Shown here in pieces: positions 28,001 to 38,476 of a stretch of 54,274 bases of DNA. This stretch comes from a virus (Duplodnaviria > Caudoviricetes). Each line of letters opens with the position of its first letter. The first letter of the stretch is position 1. The stretch is from the IMG/VR virus record IMGVR_UViG_3300050162_000156, positions 1-54,274 of that record, one strand, 5' to 3'. The notes below the pieces were generated by a model, which was not told where the DNA came from, did no database searches, and saw only the letters and a program-made list of their open reading frames with translations. Position numbers and translations under genes: made by a program.

Positions 28001-30056
28001 CATTGTCGAACGGGCACGAGTCAAAGTTTGCAGCATCGAACCCAATTCCTGCGGCATTGAAATCAAATAAATTGTCGGTAAATTGAATGGTTCCATTTTT
28101 TATGAAAACAGGTTCAATTGTGAGAATAGACGAATCAATATCACTCTTCACAACTTGATAGATTATTCCGCTGCCTTCAACTTCGATAATGTCTCCAAGC
28201 GAATATTCAATTGTATTCAAGCTGCCTGTATGAGCGATGACATAGGTTGGTGTAGCTCCGGTATATGCTGAAGAATACCAATCAGAATATTCCCATTTGT
28301 TGCTCAGGTCATAGGTGCAGCATCGATCATGAATCCACGATGAACCATCCGAATAAACCACACTCCAATTGTCGTTGATGATGGTTGAATCTGATTGCAC
28401 AAGAATTTTATAGTTCTCGTTGTAATCAGATGGATTCATTTCATCCAATACGTCCCGAGTGCTAACAACAAGGTCATAGTCGGTTGGCATTGGGTCTTTA
28501 TCTGAGAGCGCAGTAATAATATCTAACGTGGCAACAGCGCAATTAGATAAATTCTGGTTGATCACATCATAGTAAATCTTCAACGCAGATACGCGATCAG
28601 AGAACAGTGATTGAGACACTGTATCGGAAATGCCAACAAGTTGATTGTCCGGCAATGTGTAATCAGGAACAAGAACCGAGGAAGTTTCTGCTATGCCACA
28701 CAAACTATCAATTACCTTTTGATAGAGTGGAGTCTTGAACCAAGATTTTGACCCATCGTTGCCGATCAGAACAAATTCGTTATGAAGGTTATTGTGTGCA
28801 GAGGCCGACACATAATCTATATGCAGGATTGCATTATATTTGGAAACATAATTGTTTAGGTTCCAAAGTGCAACACTATTGTTGTCGATAGCAGAAATCA
28901 TCGGAATACCCGAGCCGCTTAGATTGCTTAGGTATTGAGTCAATGAAGAAATGTTAATTTCATGTCTGCTTCCATTTGTAGTTTTTCCATATACCCAGAA
29001 GCAATATTTCTTGGCATTGGCATCATACACAAATGGAGTATCGATTGAATCCAAATATCCAGTGGGGTCTCCTTGTGTATAGGCAGCAGGAATAGTCGCA
29101 CTGGCCACCCACTCATAAACAACCGGAGTTGAACCAGCGAACCATTTATTCCAGTTATTGACACGAACACCCAACTCACCTTTTTGCGCGTCGATTACTT
29201 TCACATTCTTGGTATTGAACCAAGTTGTACCTGCCTTTTCTGCCCCCCAAAACATTGTTCCTGCGGATTGGGTAGTCAGTGCCCCTAGATTCTTCCATAA
29301 GGCTTCATTAAACACTCCGCCGCTCTTTCCTGCGTACAATGCCTTGTAAAGCACCCCAGAGTACGTTACAAGATCACCAATCGCGTATACGCAGCCAGAA
29401 CGCCAAGAAGGGGTATTGTAGAGAGCAGGGTCAACGCTTGCGCTATAGTCCAAATACTGAGCGACAGTTGGTGGGAGAACTCCGTTAATCAAATCGACCA
29501 CATCGAGGTCTACAATTTTTTCTAATGTAACGCTATCGTATAACCATGCGCGAGAAATGGACGAGCCATCAATTCTTGGTTCATTTGAGGACTTACGGGT
29601 CCACCCATGGGTTAGCGATTGATTGTTGTACATGTAGATTGGGTTGGAAGGATTGTTTCTATCCGCCACAAACAGATTATCGGTGTCACCAGCAAAAAGG
29701 ATTTCAGAGGGACTGACATTACTGGACACTGCGATGCGATTGACTTCTACTGGTTGAATGCCGTTGTCAGTTGAGCTTATCCAATCCGCATCAGTAGTAA
29801 CCACTTGAAATAGTTTTAATTCTTGTGTGAGCGCGACTGTTTCTTCGCCAAAATTAGTTTGGTTCCCGTCAAAGCTGGTTCCATCCTCAAACGAGATTAT
29901 GTCATCAATTGTGGATGAAGTGGTGTCAGTGTATACTGCGCCAAAAATATCATCGGTAATCCACTTGACATGTTGACCAAAATTTCTACCGTTATTTTTA
30001 TCGGTATGTAGTGTTTTTATGAGAGTAAACTGACTATTGACATTCGAACTTTGCAT
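25038..30056 (-). CDS. Very large baseplate/tail protein with YHYH-like and LamG domains
   Basis: 1672 aa; DWLFKTSF, PFHTRIREF, DFDLP; HSPLLGFAIDGNPIYGAYG and VTPEYPNGTYAYF; FTVEF..MSGYMDELRITK. Confidence 0.8.
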   Translation of the reverse strand: MQSSNVNSQFTLIKTLHTDKNNGRNFGQHVKWITDDIFGAVYTDTTSSTIDDIISFEDGTSFDGNQTNFGEETVALTQELKLFQVVTTDADWISSTDNGIQPVEVNRIAVSSNVSPSEILFAGDTDNLFVADRNNPSNPIYMYNNQSLTHGWTRKSSNEPRIDGSSISRAWLYDSVTLEKIVDLDVVDLINGVLPPTVAQYLDYSASVDPALYNTPSWRSGCVYAIGDLVTYSGVLYKALYAGKSGGVFNEALWKNLGALTTQSAGTMFWGAEKAGTTWFNTKNVKVIDAQKGELGVRVNNWNKWFAGSTPVVYEWVASATIPAAYTQGDPTGYLDSIDTPFVYDANAKKYCFWVYGKTTNGSRHEINISSLTQYLSNLSGSGIPMISAIDNNSVALWNLNNYVSKYNAILHIDYVSASAHNNLHNEFVLIGNDGSKSWFKTPLYQKVIDSLCGIAETSSVLVPDYTLPDNQLVGISDTVSQSLFSDRVSALKIYYDVINQNLSNCAVATLDIITALSDKDPMPTDYDLVVSTRDVLDEMNPSDYNENYKILVQSDSTIINDNWSVVYSDGSSWIHDRCCTYDLSNKWEYSDWYSSAYTGATPTYVIAHTGSLNTIEYSLGDIIEVEGSGIIYQVVKSDIDSSILTIEPVFIKNGTIQFTDNLFDFNAAGIGFDAANFDSCPFDNVPYLEIRKITHILNEKILTSSKQLAQAADDAFFALVKYIMYENKNLDWLFKTSFVSVDYNNRDLSVRGTFEPDNQTMIQNFIDETTPFHTRIREFNNTFSGTDVANISVQDFDLPSQFDTNYYNMILATTNNPKPNTPFLEKCGVYQTDSALYVTSDGLPVGGNTMADSVSWKFAIPTADNTSNIKFESFYTKNGSQVATVVDGVYQNIDALPLGVAIDGVPFFSPNSGNSLSVYNSSNLAQVETHVMNDGYGANVHALIIVDDTARYIGSPSTLDTGNATTHSPLLGFAIDGNPIYGAYGYSGNAVVKHTSSYQLKNITRLEPTGVANGVQLGVAVQATGRYIDDYQFVDGSGTLDVHNGIQCVTPEYPNGTYAYFMTDQYPYVVGPTFNGIPFNTRYAIINGESIPFYLNGSVSIPYTAVANSISFVRSVDGSQLTDANTLSTNPMFSAWNNNHAYSISALTLTNSGSGYLDTSANVFAAGANIAVNSLKLVSASVNQTGAHYAADDIVALNGYIGNILVNSTFANGGINSFTLQPANIAFTTISIHSGIPTTNYTGNGAGATFDLSYGINDFVIHDGGSFITTPSVVIIDANASVDATVRPELSNDLIRAIDTELRFDRVSSAIEYGNTTCKYPANSIVYVNGSFLKATNANALIANSSMWTTATDEEVSESTAMNRLVFYSPSLNSRGNLYSSSSNITTTGLDLAPSYIPPSSSIFNIEEANVANVILNISWRPSVITDTIFDHEHARFSNTAGCFNSSYITASNIESDISVGSGAFTVEFLFRLNSLANAVMLDTRSSINSDNGLVVSNQNGNIVASCSQGSITSNIAVTANSWNYIVVAGNTSNVVMYLNGEKVGDMSPLYSMTDSALTIGADVSGNNIMSGYMDELRITKEFNRYAKTTPVLPSAPFPRTKEADSYYDFTAVLFGFETMNNEVGSTLSFNSVNSTKYVTDQSWDQKQLILHNVTIDGTSEDNIMVVKVNE

Positions 30057-30085
30057 TCACGGAACCTCTTTGTATTTATGCCGAA

Positions 30086-30112
30086 AAAAGTGGCCCGTTA
30101 AGGGCCACTTTT
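30086..30112 (-). terminator. Intrinsic terminator directly followed by a late promoter (30073-30079)
   Basis: AAAAGTGGCCC-5nt-GGGCCACTTTT plus T run on the minus strand. Confidence 0.8.
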
Positions 30113-30115
30113 CCG

Positions 30116-33100
30116 CTATAGAATTGAGGCTATTCCGTATTCTTGTTTGGTTTGATCGATACTGAACAACAAGTTTATGCCGGATAGCACCACTGATATT
30201 CCAGTTTTCGAAGTATAAGCATTTATGTCTGAAATCAGCGTAGTCAAGTTTGAACCCGAACGATTGATTATCCATCCGTTCACCCAAACCTGTGATGCTC
30301 CGATCATACCTGTTGCCCGACTGGTGGGAACGATTTTCTGGGTGGTGATAGACGAATCCATCGCAAACATATGAACCAATCCTCCCCCGACCTTGCCGTT
30401 ATCAGTCGCATTTGCGCTGCCCACTACCAGCATATTATTTCGGATCGAAACACTGCTACCAAATTCCGAATCACTGGAAGTCGGAGCATCGATTTCTTGC
30501 GAGAACGCCAATCTTGGACCATGTATTTCTACTGTGCTTCCACCAGCAATAGTGTTGGTGAAGGTGATAGAAGAAACCAAACCATTCGATATAACAGGAG
30601 CATACGAAGTCGAAGCAACAAGCACTCCGTCAATCATTACTTTGTTGACGGTTGGAAGTATGATGTTGATCGAAACAGTTTTAGTGGATGCAGTAATCAG
30701 TTGCTTTTCATATATGCGATTAAAGATGATCACCTTTCCTGTGCCGTTTGATGGATCACCTAATGCCACCGTTTTTCCTGCGGTATCACAACTCAACGAT
30801 TTCCCAAAAGTAGAAGAGCTATACAAACGTCCACCGTAATTTATGTTGGTGAAGAGTTTATAGTAATACTCATTTCCGTTAACGTTCACCGAGGTTTGTG
30901 AACTGGTTAGGTTCCATCCCGAAGTGAGAACAGTGATCGTATTGCCGTTTGCCACCGTGTAATCTACCCCCGCCTTCATCATCAGGGTTTCCGAAGAAGC
31001 CGAGTCGGTTACAAGAATATTGATTCCTTCGGCTTCGACCAATGTGCTTGGCGTAACTACGATACTATTTGAAGTTACTGATGCAACGTGGTATGCACTA
31101 GTGTATGAAGAGTTTTCTTTGAGCACTCCTTGTATCAGTTGACCACTGCCCGAAGCATAAAGGTATCTTGCATCTTCACTCATGCACAGTGCTTCGATGT
31201 GCTTGATACCCGGGCATGACAACACCTGTTGAATTGCTGGAGCCGTATTACTGCTATATGTGGCCACGTATAACATTGCGTTACCTGTAGAAGATGTGTT
31301 GTTAGCCGATGCAACCACGAAGCCATTTGCAACAACAAGTTGCTCTCCTAGATTGGTTGTATCCATGGTAATAAATGACGCATAGTGCGAAACATTGGCA
31401 TACACTGGATATGTGTTTCCATTACTATCGGTGTGTTCTTTCAGGTGTCGCATTTGTATCAATCCGCGATTAACACCTAGAGTAGAATTATACTCAGTGT
31501 ATGGCTTTCCTTCCCATACTAACAAGCTGTCCATGTCATAATCAATGGCAGTGGTAATGGTGGAATCCACTTGAGGAAACACATCATACCCGGCGGAATA
31601 TGGAACAACCAGTTCATACTCAGCGGTTCCATACTCATCATTGTTTACGTATACGGAATTTCCAACCACTTCGGCGGGATTGATAGCCGCGATATTATCG
31701 TAACGCAAATCAGTGGACACCATTACGCCACCCATTGCAACCGGGTCCGAGAACCAAGCTGTAGATGCAGTGTTCGAATTCTGAAAACTCAACACTGAAT
31801 AGTATTGAATGTTTCCCAGATTGGTTGGCGAAACAGAATAATCGGTTACTTTGAAAATTCCTTGGATATTGACGTTCGCATCGGTGAGGTCAAGAGCAAC
31901 CAAACGGTTTTCTGCGGTAGCAATATTTGCAGTAAGCATCAGCGAAGTGACATTACCATTCGCGGTCACTCCAGCCACACCCGCTTCTACGGGCGTAAAC
32001 GAGATTACATTCCATTGATCAGTATCTTCAATGGTCGGGTCAGACGCAATCCAAAACAGCCCCTTACTCTTGGCAATCTTGACAAGAGAGGTTGTATTGG
32101 ATGAATTGATCATTGCATCATAGTTCATGAACATGGTATCAGCTGAGTCTGTCGTTACATCGAAACCGGGAACGATGTTGCTGTTGTATGCAGATAACCA
32201 ATCAGGGATAACTGGACCTGCTGCACGAAATGGTTTGAAATTAGTTTCGAGGTTTCCATATTGCTGCACGAAATTTTCATCCCAATTACTAGACTTCTCA
32301 TAGAGGCTTGCAGTAGGAACTTGAATGCTCACATTGCTATTTGAATTCACCGTAGGAGTGAACGAAATCGTAATAGGATCATTCTTAATAATAGCGGGAG
32401 ACAGCGACACATCACAGAACCCTGTTCTGGAATCCGAGCCATACGTTCCTACCTTCACCGCATATTCTTCGGTGATGGTGATAGCTGTATTCAAAGCATC
32501 GGTTGATCCATAACCATAATTAGTAACTGCATTGAGAGTGCCTTTCTCTTTTACCCATCCACAGTAATATTCAACCTGTGCGCTTGCGTCAATATCCAGC
32601 CCCATTAACCAATCACGTTCAATATAACCAAGCGTGTTATTGCGGAGAGTCAAAAGATCGGTGATGATTGGGCGATAATTTACATCATACGCATTAAAAC
32701 AATCTTTGATTTTCAACGACAAGTTTGGCAAAATGCCATTCGAGAATGTAGTTGAAATCTGCTGAAAGTATGATGACTGAAACGTAGCCGCACCAATTAC
32801 ATCCTGAGTTGCAATGTAATTGTTGTTTTTGTACTTCACAAGACTTCCCATCACGTAATCGGTGTTGCTTTCCCATGAATCAACCGTGTTAGTTGTGATG
32901 ATAAAACCTGCCGAGTTAATCGTTCCATCCCAATCACCGCTACGCTGACCCGACAGCTTGATTCTGTTCTGTCTAATACCCGCGATGGGATCATAAATCA
33001 CATCGGAAAATGCAGTGGTGTTATCGAACACCAAGCGATGTTCGTAATTGGTGATAGGTGCATCTACACAAGAAATCACTCCACCACCAAGGTGCATGAT

Positions 33101-36100
33101 GGTTACGTTATTTCCCTCACGAATCACTTCTAAGAATTGCGAATCAACTACTTTTCCGCTTGCATCCAAAACTGTGCTAATGTTGGGATCAGTTAAATCG
33201 CTTAGTGATCCTGATGTAGCAGTGTATTCAAAAATCGATGCGGCAGGATTTAACACCAAGGTTAGTTGTTGGCTGGCGGTCAATGCCCACTTGATAAACA
33301 ACACACCGCTCTCACACCAAGTTGTTTTGGCCTGATCGTTTTGTAAGTTGAAAATCACTCCATTCGTGGTAAGAAATTTTTCATATCCTGCCAAGAAATT
33401 CAATACAGATTGCTTAGTTGCGAACGTGGTGTTGTATGCAATCGCAGATGAACTGCTTGCAAACGTAGTTGGATATTTAAACTTATCGTTTCCAATAGTC
33501 ACAGTCTTGTAGGGACCGTCCACGTTTGCGGCGTAGATGGAGAAATATGGATGCGTGTTGTTGTAACCGGAAATTACAAAACCATCATCTGTTTGACGCA
33601 CGATCACGCCGCTGTAATTCAGTGTTCCGACAGGCGTACTGTTGTAGAGAAACAGATCGAAATCTTCATCGGGAATCAGTTCCGCTGCACCCGTGTCCGA
33701 TGGGTTATTTGGGGTTGCATATGCAGCAACATCACTTACCGAAGTGAATCCCCCAATCGAATACATAAGCTGGGCAGTAGTTTGTGACAGAGCCTTGGAC
33801 AACAGGGTAATATCTCTGTTTTGATGCAGCAGATATTCGTATGAATATGCCAAGATTCCATGCTTGGTAGAATCGGTTGGAATATCACTTATATTTGCGA
33901 TGCGATTGCTGTATAAAAACTGTTTGGAATCATCTGATGGAAGATAACCGCAAGTATCCCACAACATTCCAATCATGAACATTGGATTCATTAAAATTCT
34001 TGCGCGAAGCATTGCAAACTGAAATGCGCTGGACCGTCTCCATGCGGTTTCCACTGGCCCTTGATCACCGAACACAAAAGCATTCGATGCTGCACTTTCA
34101 TCATACGTACCAACCATTACATCATTTGGTGTTAGCACATTACCGGAGTCATCCACTGGAAGGATTGACAATAACTCGGGCTTTGTTCCAACGACACTGG
34201 TATACGATCCCGATGGATCACGCACGATACCATCAGCAATGTCTTGCCATAGAATTGTGTTTCCAGCAGTGTATGGCGCAGGTCCGTACACATCATCCCA
34301 CCATGATGGCTTCTCAGATAAATTGAGCATTTCCCATGGACGCAGATGTACCGAATCCGTTCCATAAAAATAATTATAGATTCCTCTCCAATATCCAATC
34401 AGAGAATTTCCCGACAGCTTATCCTTTGAGGACGACCAATTCCATGTAAAGTAATTATTCGCATCGAAATAATTTCCCGCGTCAGTCACATTGTAATCGG
34501 CAATCCATTCATAATACATGCGCGACAAAATTCCGTTGAACTCGCTCTGGGTGTATTTCGATGAACGCCAGTAGCCGGGATCAGGGACAAAGGTCTGAAT
34601 AGCATTGGACAGAAGTTGGTTATCAACTTTTAAATTATTGTATACACGCAACTCATAGTCAAGGAGCACTTGATCACGATAGTCATTGAAGCAAGTTGTG
34701 ATACTTCCATCGTGGCCACGCAAAACCATACGAGGATCGGTGTAAGTATCATCAGTGAAAATTTCTGGTTTGTATGCAGGAGCTAACCCGAGTTTAGTTG
34801 GGGTCGAAGGAATATACGATCCCTTGGTGGATGAAATTTCATAGACGACTAATTTGTCACCCGCCGCAAGCGTACAGGTAACATTCAGTACATAATCGGC
34901 AATAGTGTAGTCAGTTCCCTTGGTAAGTTGAACATCGTTTAGATACACCAGCACTGCAGTGAAGTTTGCGGTTGTGAAATCATATGACTTCGACAGTGGA
35001 AAATTCTTATGATCAAACTTAGTGATATTGTGGGTTGTTTTTGTTCCGCCATAACCGCACATATCACTGTTGTACCAGCTAGTATTCCCGGCCAGCACAT
35101 TTGTTGCTAATGATTCAAGAATAGAATCGACAACATCATGGGGAGTCTTCAAAATCGCATTCTGCATCGAATTCATTTTATTCAAAAATCGATTCTTGAA
35201 GAGTTGGTATTCAGACGCAGCAGTACGAATCGCTTTGTCAATGTCAAAACGAGAATCGCACATCAACAACGTTGTCAGATAGGCGAATGATTCATTTTTG
35301 AGCAGCTTGCCTTTCTGAATCTCACTGATGTTCAGTGTCGTAAAAGATGTGTTGAATTGGTTGTTCTCAAACGCCACAGGAACATCATACCATGCGCCTG
35401 TAATGGGGGTAGAAGAGATCGCACGAACCACAGCGGTATCTGAGGTAGTTAACGCAGTAGAAAGCGTTAGAACGGCCTTGCTGCTCGATTGTGTGAATGT
35501 GAACGACACGCTGGTTCCATTGACATACACCGAGACATTATCACTGCTTGTGATAGTAGCGTTTGGTAGTGTGATAATCGAGGTCGCAGTATTCGCGATG
35601 ATCTTCTGTTGATATAGCTGGCCGCTCTGGTCAACATATTCCCATGGATTGTATACGGTCAATGCGCTCTTGTTGGGATTCAAGTACATCGGTTTCGCAG
35701 TGGACACAGCAACAGCAGACTTCACTCCATCGTAAGCGAACGTGTCAACATGATAGTCCACGCTAAAAACTACATCGTTCAAATTTCCGATGAGTCCATA
35801 AGATAATGGGGTTTCGATGATTTCGTCCGCTGATCCTGAACCAGTTTGGTATGAGAACAATTTGCATCCAGAAAAAGTAGAATGAGTATACCCACGGAGG
35901 CTCACGCCGTTTGAATCATATAGATCAAACAGTGGTGATTGTTGAAGTTTTGTTTTAGCTTGAGGCGAAACGATCCAAGTGTTCCCGTTCCAAGATACGC
36001 TTCCGCCACCAAACGTGTCTCCATTCACAACCGAGACGCAATTATCAGTTGTTGCAGTTGCTTCCAACACAAGATGGTATTTCTCGTTACTGTCAACTTC

Positions 36101-37105
36101 AACGCGGTAGATATTATTGCGCACAATATGGCTTTGATCATTATTGAAAATAATGGTGTGACCATTTTTCAATTCAACACCATCGCACATGAAAGGAACA
36201 GCGGTTCCTTCAACAATTGAAAATGCGTTCGGTGTATAGTTGTCAAATAATGAGATAGGTGTAAGACCAATCTGGTTGGAATCCACCAGCATCATTGGTG
36301 CGAACTCAATGATTGGTCGCACAGCAACATTAAATGAAGTAGGGAGGGCAACATCGCTGTACTGTTGTTGAATGATCGATAGAATGGTGTCAACTACATT
36401 TCTATGAACCCAGAAATTAGTCAAAGACCAGAAGTTTTTATCTGTCGAGGTTCTACTGATGGTGATGTAGTCGGCCTCATAGTTCTCTTCCTTCACAATG
36501 ATTGGGTCAACTAAATCGCTATACGCCAACAAAGTGATATATGAACCGACTCCATCGACGATAAAAGAACCATCCGAGCATGAGATAAACATTCCATTAG
36601 CTAACGTGATTGATCCGCTTGTATAAGTGGCATTACCAATAATATCGGCTGACGCAACAGTTTGTATAAGGATTGGATAGTTCCAATACCACGAATCGGA
36701 TGCCTTTGAAATCCAGATGTAGTTGGAATAGTTTGTCAGTTTGTCCTGATCGATGAACCCATTCCACTTATAATAATTACTGGACAGCAATCGATCCCAT
36801 GCACTCGTGGCCGCTTCATTTGCGGCAGCACTATTCACAACATCAATGAAGTTGGAAACCGAAGTGATTACACTGTCAGCATCGCGTGTTACAAATGCTG
36901 GCTCTAATTGGTAGTTTTGGCGAGGAGCCGTTATTTCTCCTAGATAATAACCATCTAATACAGCATTATCGACAACACTGCGGCCCACATAACCATTGAA
37001 ACGGTTGATGACAGGCTCTTTCGTTAGTAAATCTAACGTGGATTTCAGGAACTTTTGATTTGTGTTGGTATTTAAGTATGGTGGTAAAAATCTAGATGTG
37101 TACAT
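30116..37105 (-). CDS. Very large baseplate/tail structural protein (about 2329 aa; start revised to MYTSRFLP)
   Basis: GAGGA RBS; ATAAATA; FLKSTLDLL, YQLEP, PTKLGL, GHDGS, PWEML, GDQGPVETAWRRSS; FG-GAP-like repeats at the C-terminus. Confidence 0.8.
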   Translation of the reverse strand: MYTSRFLPPYLNTNTNQKFLKSTLDLLTKEPVINRFNGYVGRSVVDNAVLDGYYLGEITAPRQNYQLEPAFVTRDADSVITSVSNFIDVVNSAAANEAATSAWDRLLSSNYYKWNGFIDQDKLTNYSNYIWISKASDSWYWNYPILIQTVASADIIGNATYTSGSITLANGMFISCSDGSFIVDGVGSYITLLAYSDLVDPIIVKEENYEADYITISRTSTDKNFWSLTNFWVHRNVVDTILSIIQQQYSDVALPTSFNVAVRPIIEFAPMMLVDSNQIGLTPISLFDNYTPNAFSIVEGTAVPFMCDGVELKNGHTIIFNNDQSHIVRNNIYRVEVDSNEKYHLVLEATATTDNCVSVVNGDTFGGGSVSWNGNTWIVSPQAKTKLQQSPLFDLYDSNGVSLRGYTHSTFSGCKLFSYQTGSGSADEIIETPLSYGLIGNLNDVVFSVDYHVDTFAYDGVKSAVAVSTAKPMYLNPNKSALTVYNPWEYVDQSGQLYQQKIIANTATSIITLPNATITSSDNVSVYVNGTSVSFTFTQSSSKAVLTLSTALTTSDTAVVRAISSTPITGAWYDVPVAFENNQFNTSFTTLNISEIQKGKLLKNESFAYLTTLLMCDSRFDIDKAIRTAASEYQLFKNRFLNKMNSMQNAILKTPHDVVDSILESLATNVLAGNTSWYNSDMCGYGGTKTTHNITKFDHKNFPLSKSYDFTTANFTAVLVYLNDVQLTKGTDYTIADYVLNVTCTLAAGDKLVVYEISSTKGSYIPSTPTKLGLAPAYKPEIFTDDTYTDPRMVLRGHDGSITTCFNDYRDQVLLDYELRVYNNLKVDNQLLSNAIQTFVPDPGYWRSSKYTQSEFNGILSRMYYEWIADYNVTDAGNYFDANNYFTWNWSSSKDKLSGNSLIGYWRGIYNYFYGTDSVHLRPWEMLNLSEKPSWWDDVYGPAPYTAGNTILWQDIADGIVRDPSGSYTSVVGTKPELLSILPVDDSGNVLTPNDVMVGTYDESAASNAFVFGDQGPVETAWRRSSAFQFAMLRARILMNPMFMIGMLWDTCGYLPSDDSKQFLYSNRIANISDIPTDSTKHGILAYSYEYLLHQNRDITLLSKALSQTTAQLMYSIGGFTSVSDVAAYATPNNPSDTGAAELIPDEDFDLFLYNSTPVGTLNYSGVIVRQTDDGFVISGYNNTHPYFSIYAANVDGPYKTVTIGNDKFKYPTTFASSSSAIAYNTTFATKQSVLNFLAGYEKFLTTNGVIFNLQNDQAKTTWCESGVLFIKWALTASQQLTLVLNPAASIFEYTATSGSLSDLTDPNISTVLDASGKVVDSQFLEVIREGNNVTIMHLGGGVISCVDAPITNYEHRLVFDNTTAFSDVIYDPIAGIRQNRIKLSGQRSGDWDGTINSAGFIITTNTVDSWESNTDYVMGSLVKYKNNNYIATQDVIGAATFQSSYFQQISTTFSNGILPNLSLKIKDCFNAYDVNYRPIITDLLTLRNNTLGYIERDWLMGLDIDASAQVEYYCGWVKEKGTLNAVTNYGYGSTDALNTAITITEEYAVKVGTYGSDSRTGFCDVSLSPAIIKNDPITISFTPTVNSNSNVSIQVPTASLYEKSSNWDENFVQQYGNLETNFKPFRAAGPVIPDWLSAYNSNIVPGFDVTTDSADTMFMNYDAMINSSNTTSLVKIAKSKGLFWIASDPTIEDTDQWNVISFTPVEAGVAGVTANGNVTSLMLTANIATAENRLVALDLTDANVNIQGIFKVTDYSVSPTNLGNIQYYSVLSFQNSNTASTAWFSDPVAMGGVMVSTDLRYDNIAAINPAEVVGNSVYVNNDEYGTAEYELVVPYSAGYDVFPQVDSTITTAIDYDMDSLLVWEGKPYTEYNSTLGVNRGLIQMRHLKEHTDSNGNTYPVYANVSHYASFITMDTTNLGEQLVVANGFVVASANNTSSTGNAMLYVATYSSNTAPAIQQVLSCPGIKHIEALCMSEDARYLYASGSGQLIQGVLKENSSYTSAYHVASVTSNSIVVTPSTLVEAEGINILVTDSASSETLMMKAGVDYTVANGNTITVLTSGWNLTSSQTSVNVNGNEYYYKLFTNINYGGRLYSSSTFGKSLSCDTAGKTVALGDPSNGTGKVIIFNRIYEKQLITASTKTVSINIILPTVNKVMIDGVLVASTSYAPVISNGLVSSITFTNTIAGGSTVEIHGPRLAFSQEIDAPTSSDSEFGSSVSIRNNMLVVGSANATDNGKVGGGLVHMFAMDSSITTQKIVPTSRATGMIGASQVWVNGWIINRSGSNLTTLISDINAYTSKTGISVVLSGINLLFSIDQTKQEYGIASIL

Positions 37106-37152
37106 AGGTGTCCTCAAGAGTATTTATGTGGCGGGGAAACACCTATTTCAAA

Positions 37153-38052
37153 CTATAGAACGGATAATCCTCCACTACTAGGATCAATATAAGAATAGAA
37201 CATGATTATGATTGAACCAACGTCAGGCGGGGTGGTGAATGTCACGCAGTTATCAATTAGGGTGTAGTCGTGCCCTTGCGCCAGCAGTATCCCATTAACA
37301 TACAAAAAAGCACTATCGGCAGGTTGTGGGGTGTTGGGTAGGTAAAAAGTCATATTTACCCCGTCCACTTCTCCTGATGGAGACTGATAATCTGCGTATA
37401 AGTACGAGATTGCACTACCATCTGAAGTCACGTTGCTTAAATCCCATCGCGCAATCGTGATGTAATAATTTGCGTTAACCGTCGAAGTATAATCTACCTT
37501 AAAGTTGTAGGTTACTGAATTGGCACTTCCGTGCAAGTCAGGCTTACCCGATTCCATATTGGTATATTCAGCAGTAGTGATATACAGTAACGAGGGATTC
37601 GGAATGCCCGAAATAATACCGGATGAATTATCTAACACTAAGTTGCTAGGAAGAGTTCCACTACTTACAACAATGTTTCCGACCAATTCTGGGATATTTT
37701 CGGTGGGAGCAATACTAATCGATAGAGGAAACCCATCTGGCCAAATACCTAAGTTAGCATTTGGTAGATAATTCACAAGCGTGGCTGTTGTTACTTCAAT
37801 CGAGAATGTTCTATCAACAACAATTGCACCCGAAGCCATACGAAGTGTGAATTCGTATAACCCGGATGCAATTGTTAAAGGAACAGTTCCGCTGATAGTG
37901 AATCTAGATAATGACAAACCTTCTGGAAGACTCCCAGCAATCAACGACACAGTAACAATAGACGTTCCGGTGGTTGCCGAAAGCGTTATTGAGAAAGCTG
38001 TTCCCTTGGTAACAGTGCCAATGATTCCTGCGTCAGTATTCCAAAATATCAT
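37153..38052 (-). CDS. Ig-like (He_PIG-type) virion protein, apparent N-terminal part
   Basis: LIAGSLPEGLSL..ISGT, DRTFSI, SSGTLPSNL..GIISGIP; C-terminal PSGEVDGVN module. Confidence 0.75.
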   Translation of the reverse strand: MIFWNTDAGIIGTVTKGTAFSITLSATTGTSIVTVSLIAGSLPEGLSLSRFTISGTVPLTIASGLYEFTLRMASGAIVVDRTFSIEVTTATLVNYLPNANLGIWPDGFPLSISIAPTENIPELVGNIVVSSGTLPSNLVLDNSSGIISGIPNPSLLYITTAEYTNMESGKPDLHGSANSVTYNFKVDYTSTVNANYYITIARWDLSNVTSDGSAISYLYADYQSPSGEVDGVNMTFYLPNTPQPADSAFLYVNGILLAQGHDYTLIDNCVTFTTPPDVGSIIIMFYSYIDPSSGGLSVL

Positions 38053-38068
38053 ACTGGTATTTATCAGG

Positions 38069-38284
38069 CTAATACCTATATACGATTCGGGCCAACTCCA
38101 GAGAATATGGACTCAGTTCTAATTGTACTGAATCACCCGGTTCAATTCGAATGCTGTTCTTTCGGAGTTTCCCTCCAAGATATGCCGGAATTTCTTGCCC
38201 GTTAGGTAGTGTGACAATCCACCGCGTGTTTGGTAGTGCAGTAGTCACGACTCCTCTTACAGATACCTGATCAATTCGTGCCAT
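38069..38284 (-). CDS. infA: Translation initiation factor IF-1 homologue
   Basis: 71 aa; GVVTTALPNT..V.L.NG..I.AYLGGKLRKNSIRI.PGD.V.LELSPY.L..ARIVYR. Confidence 0.93.
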   Translation of the reverse strand: MARIDQVSVRGVVTTALPNTRWIVTLPNGQEIPAYLGGKLRKNSIRIEPGDSVQLELSPYSLELARIVYRY

Positions 38285-38290
38285 TTCCCC

Positions 38291-38476
38291 TCATGATGTG
38301 AGTGCTTTCACCATGCGGTGAAGCAGTTTTCGTAAAGCATCTTCCCATGCTTGTTTCTCGCCGATGAATGAATGGGCCAGCATTCCATCCGACCCATCCG
38401 TGATATAGAAATACTTGCAGTTATGGATACACTTGGCATTTGGTATTGCCTTTGTCACATACTCTTCCGAAGTCAC
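38291..38476 (-). CDS. Small hypothetical protein
   Basis: GAGGA RBS; GTGA overlap; AWEDA motif similar to AWKDA in 41799..42050. Confidence 0.7.
   Translation of the reverse strand: MTSEEYVTKAIPNAKCIHNCKYFYITDGSDGMLAHSFIGEKQAWEDALRKLLHRMVKALTS

Noticed and set aside
23741-37117. Numerous 60-170 aa plus-strand ORFs inside the large minus-strand genes (and similar shadows elsewhere)
   Set aside because: Antisense shadows of long coding frames; no RBS, promoter or recognisable motifs
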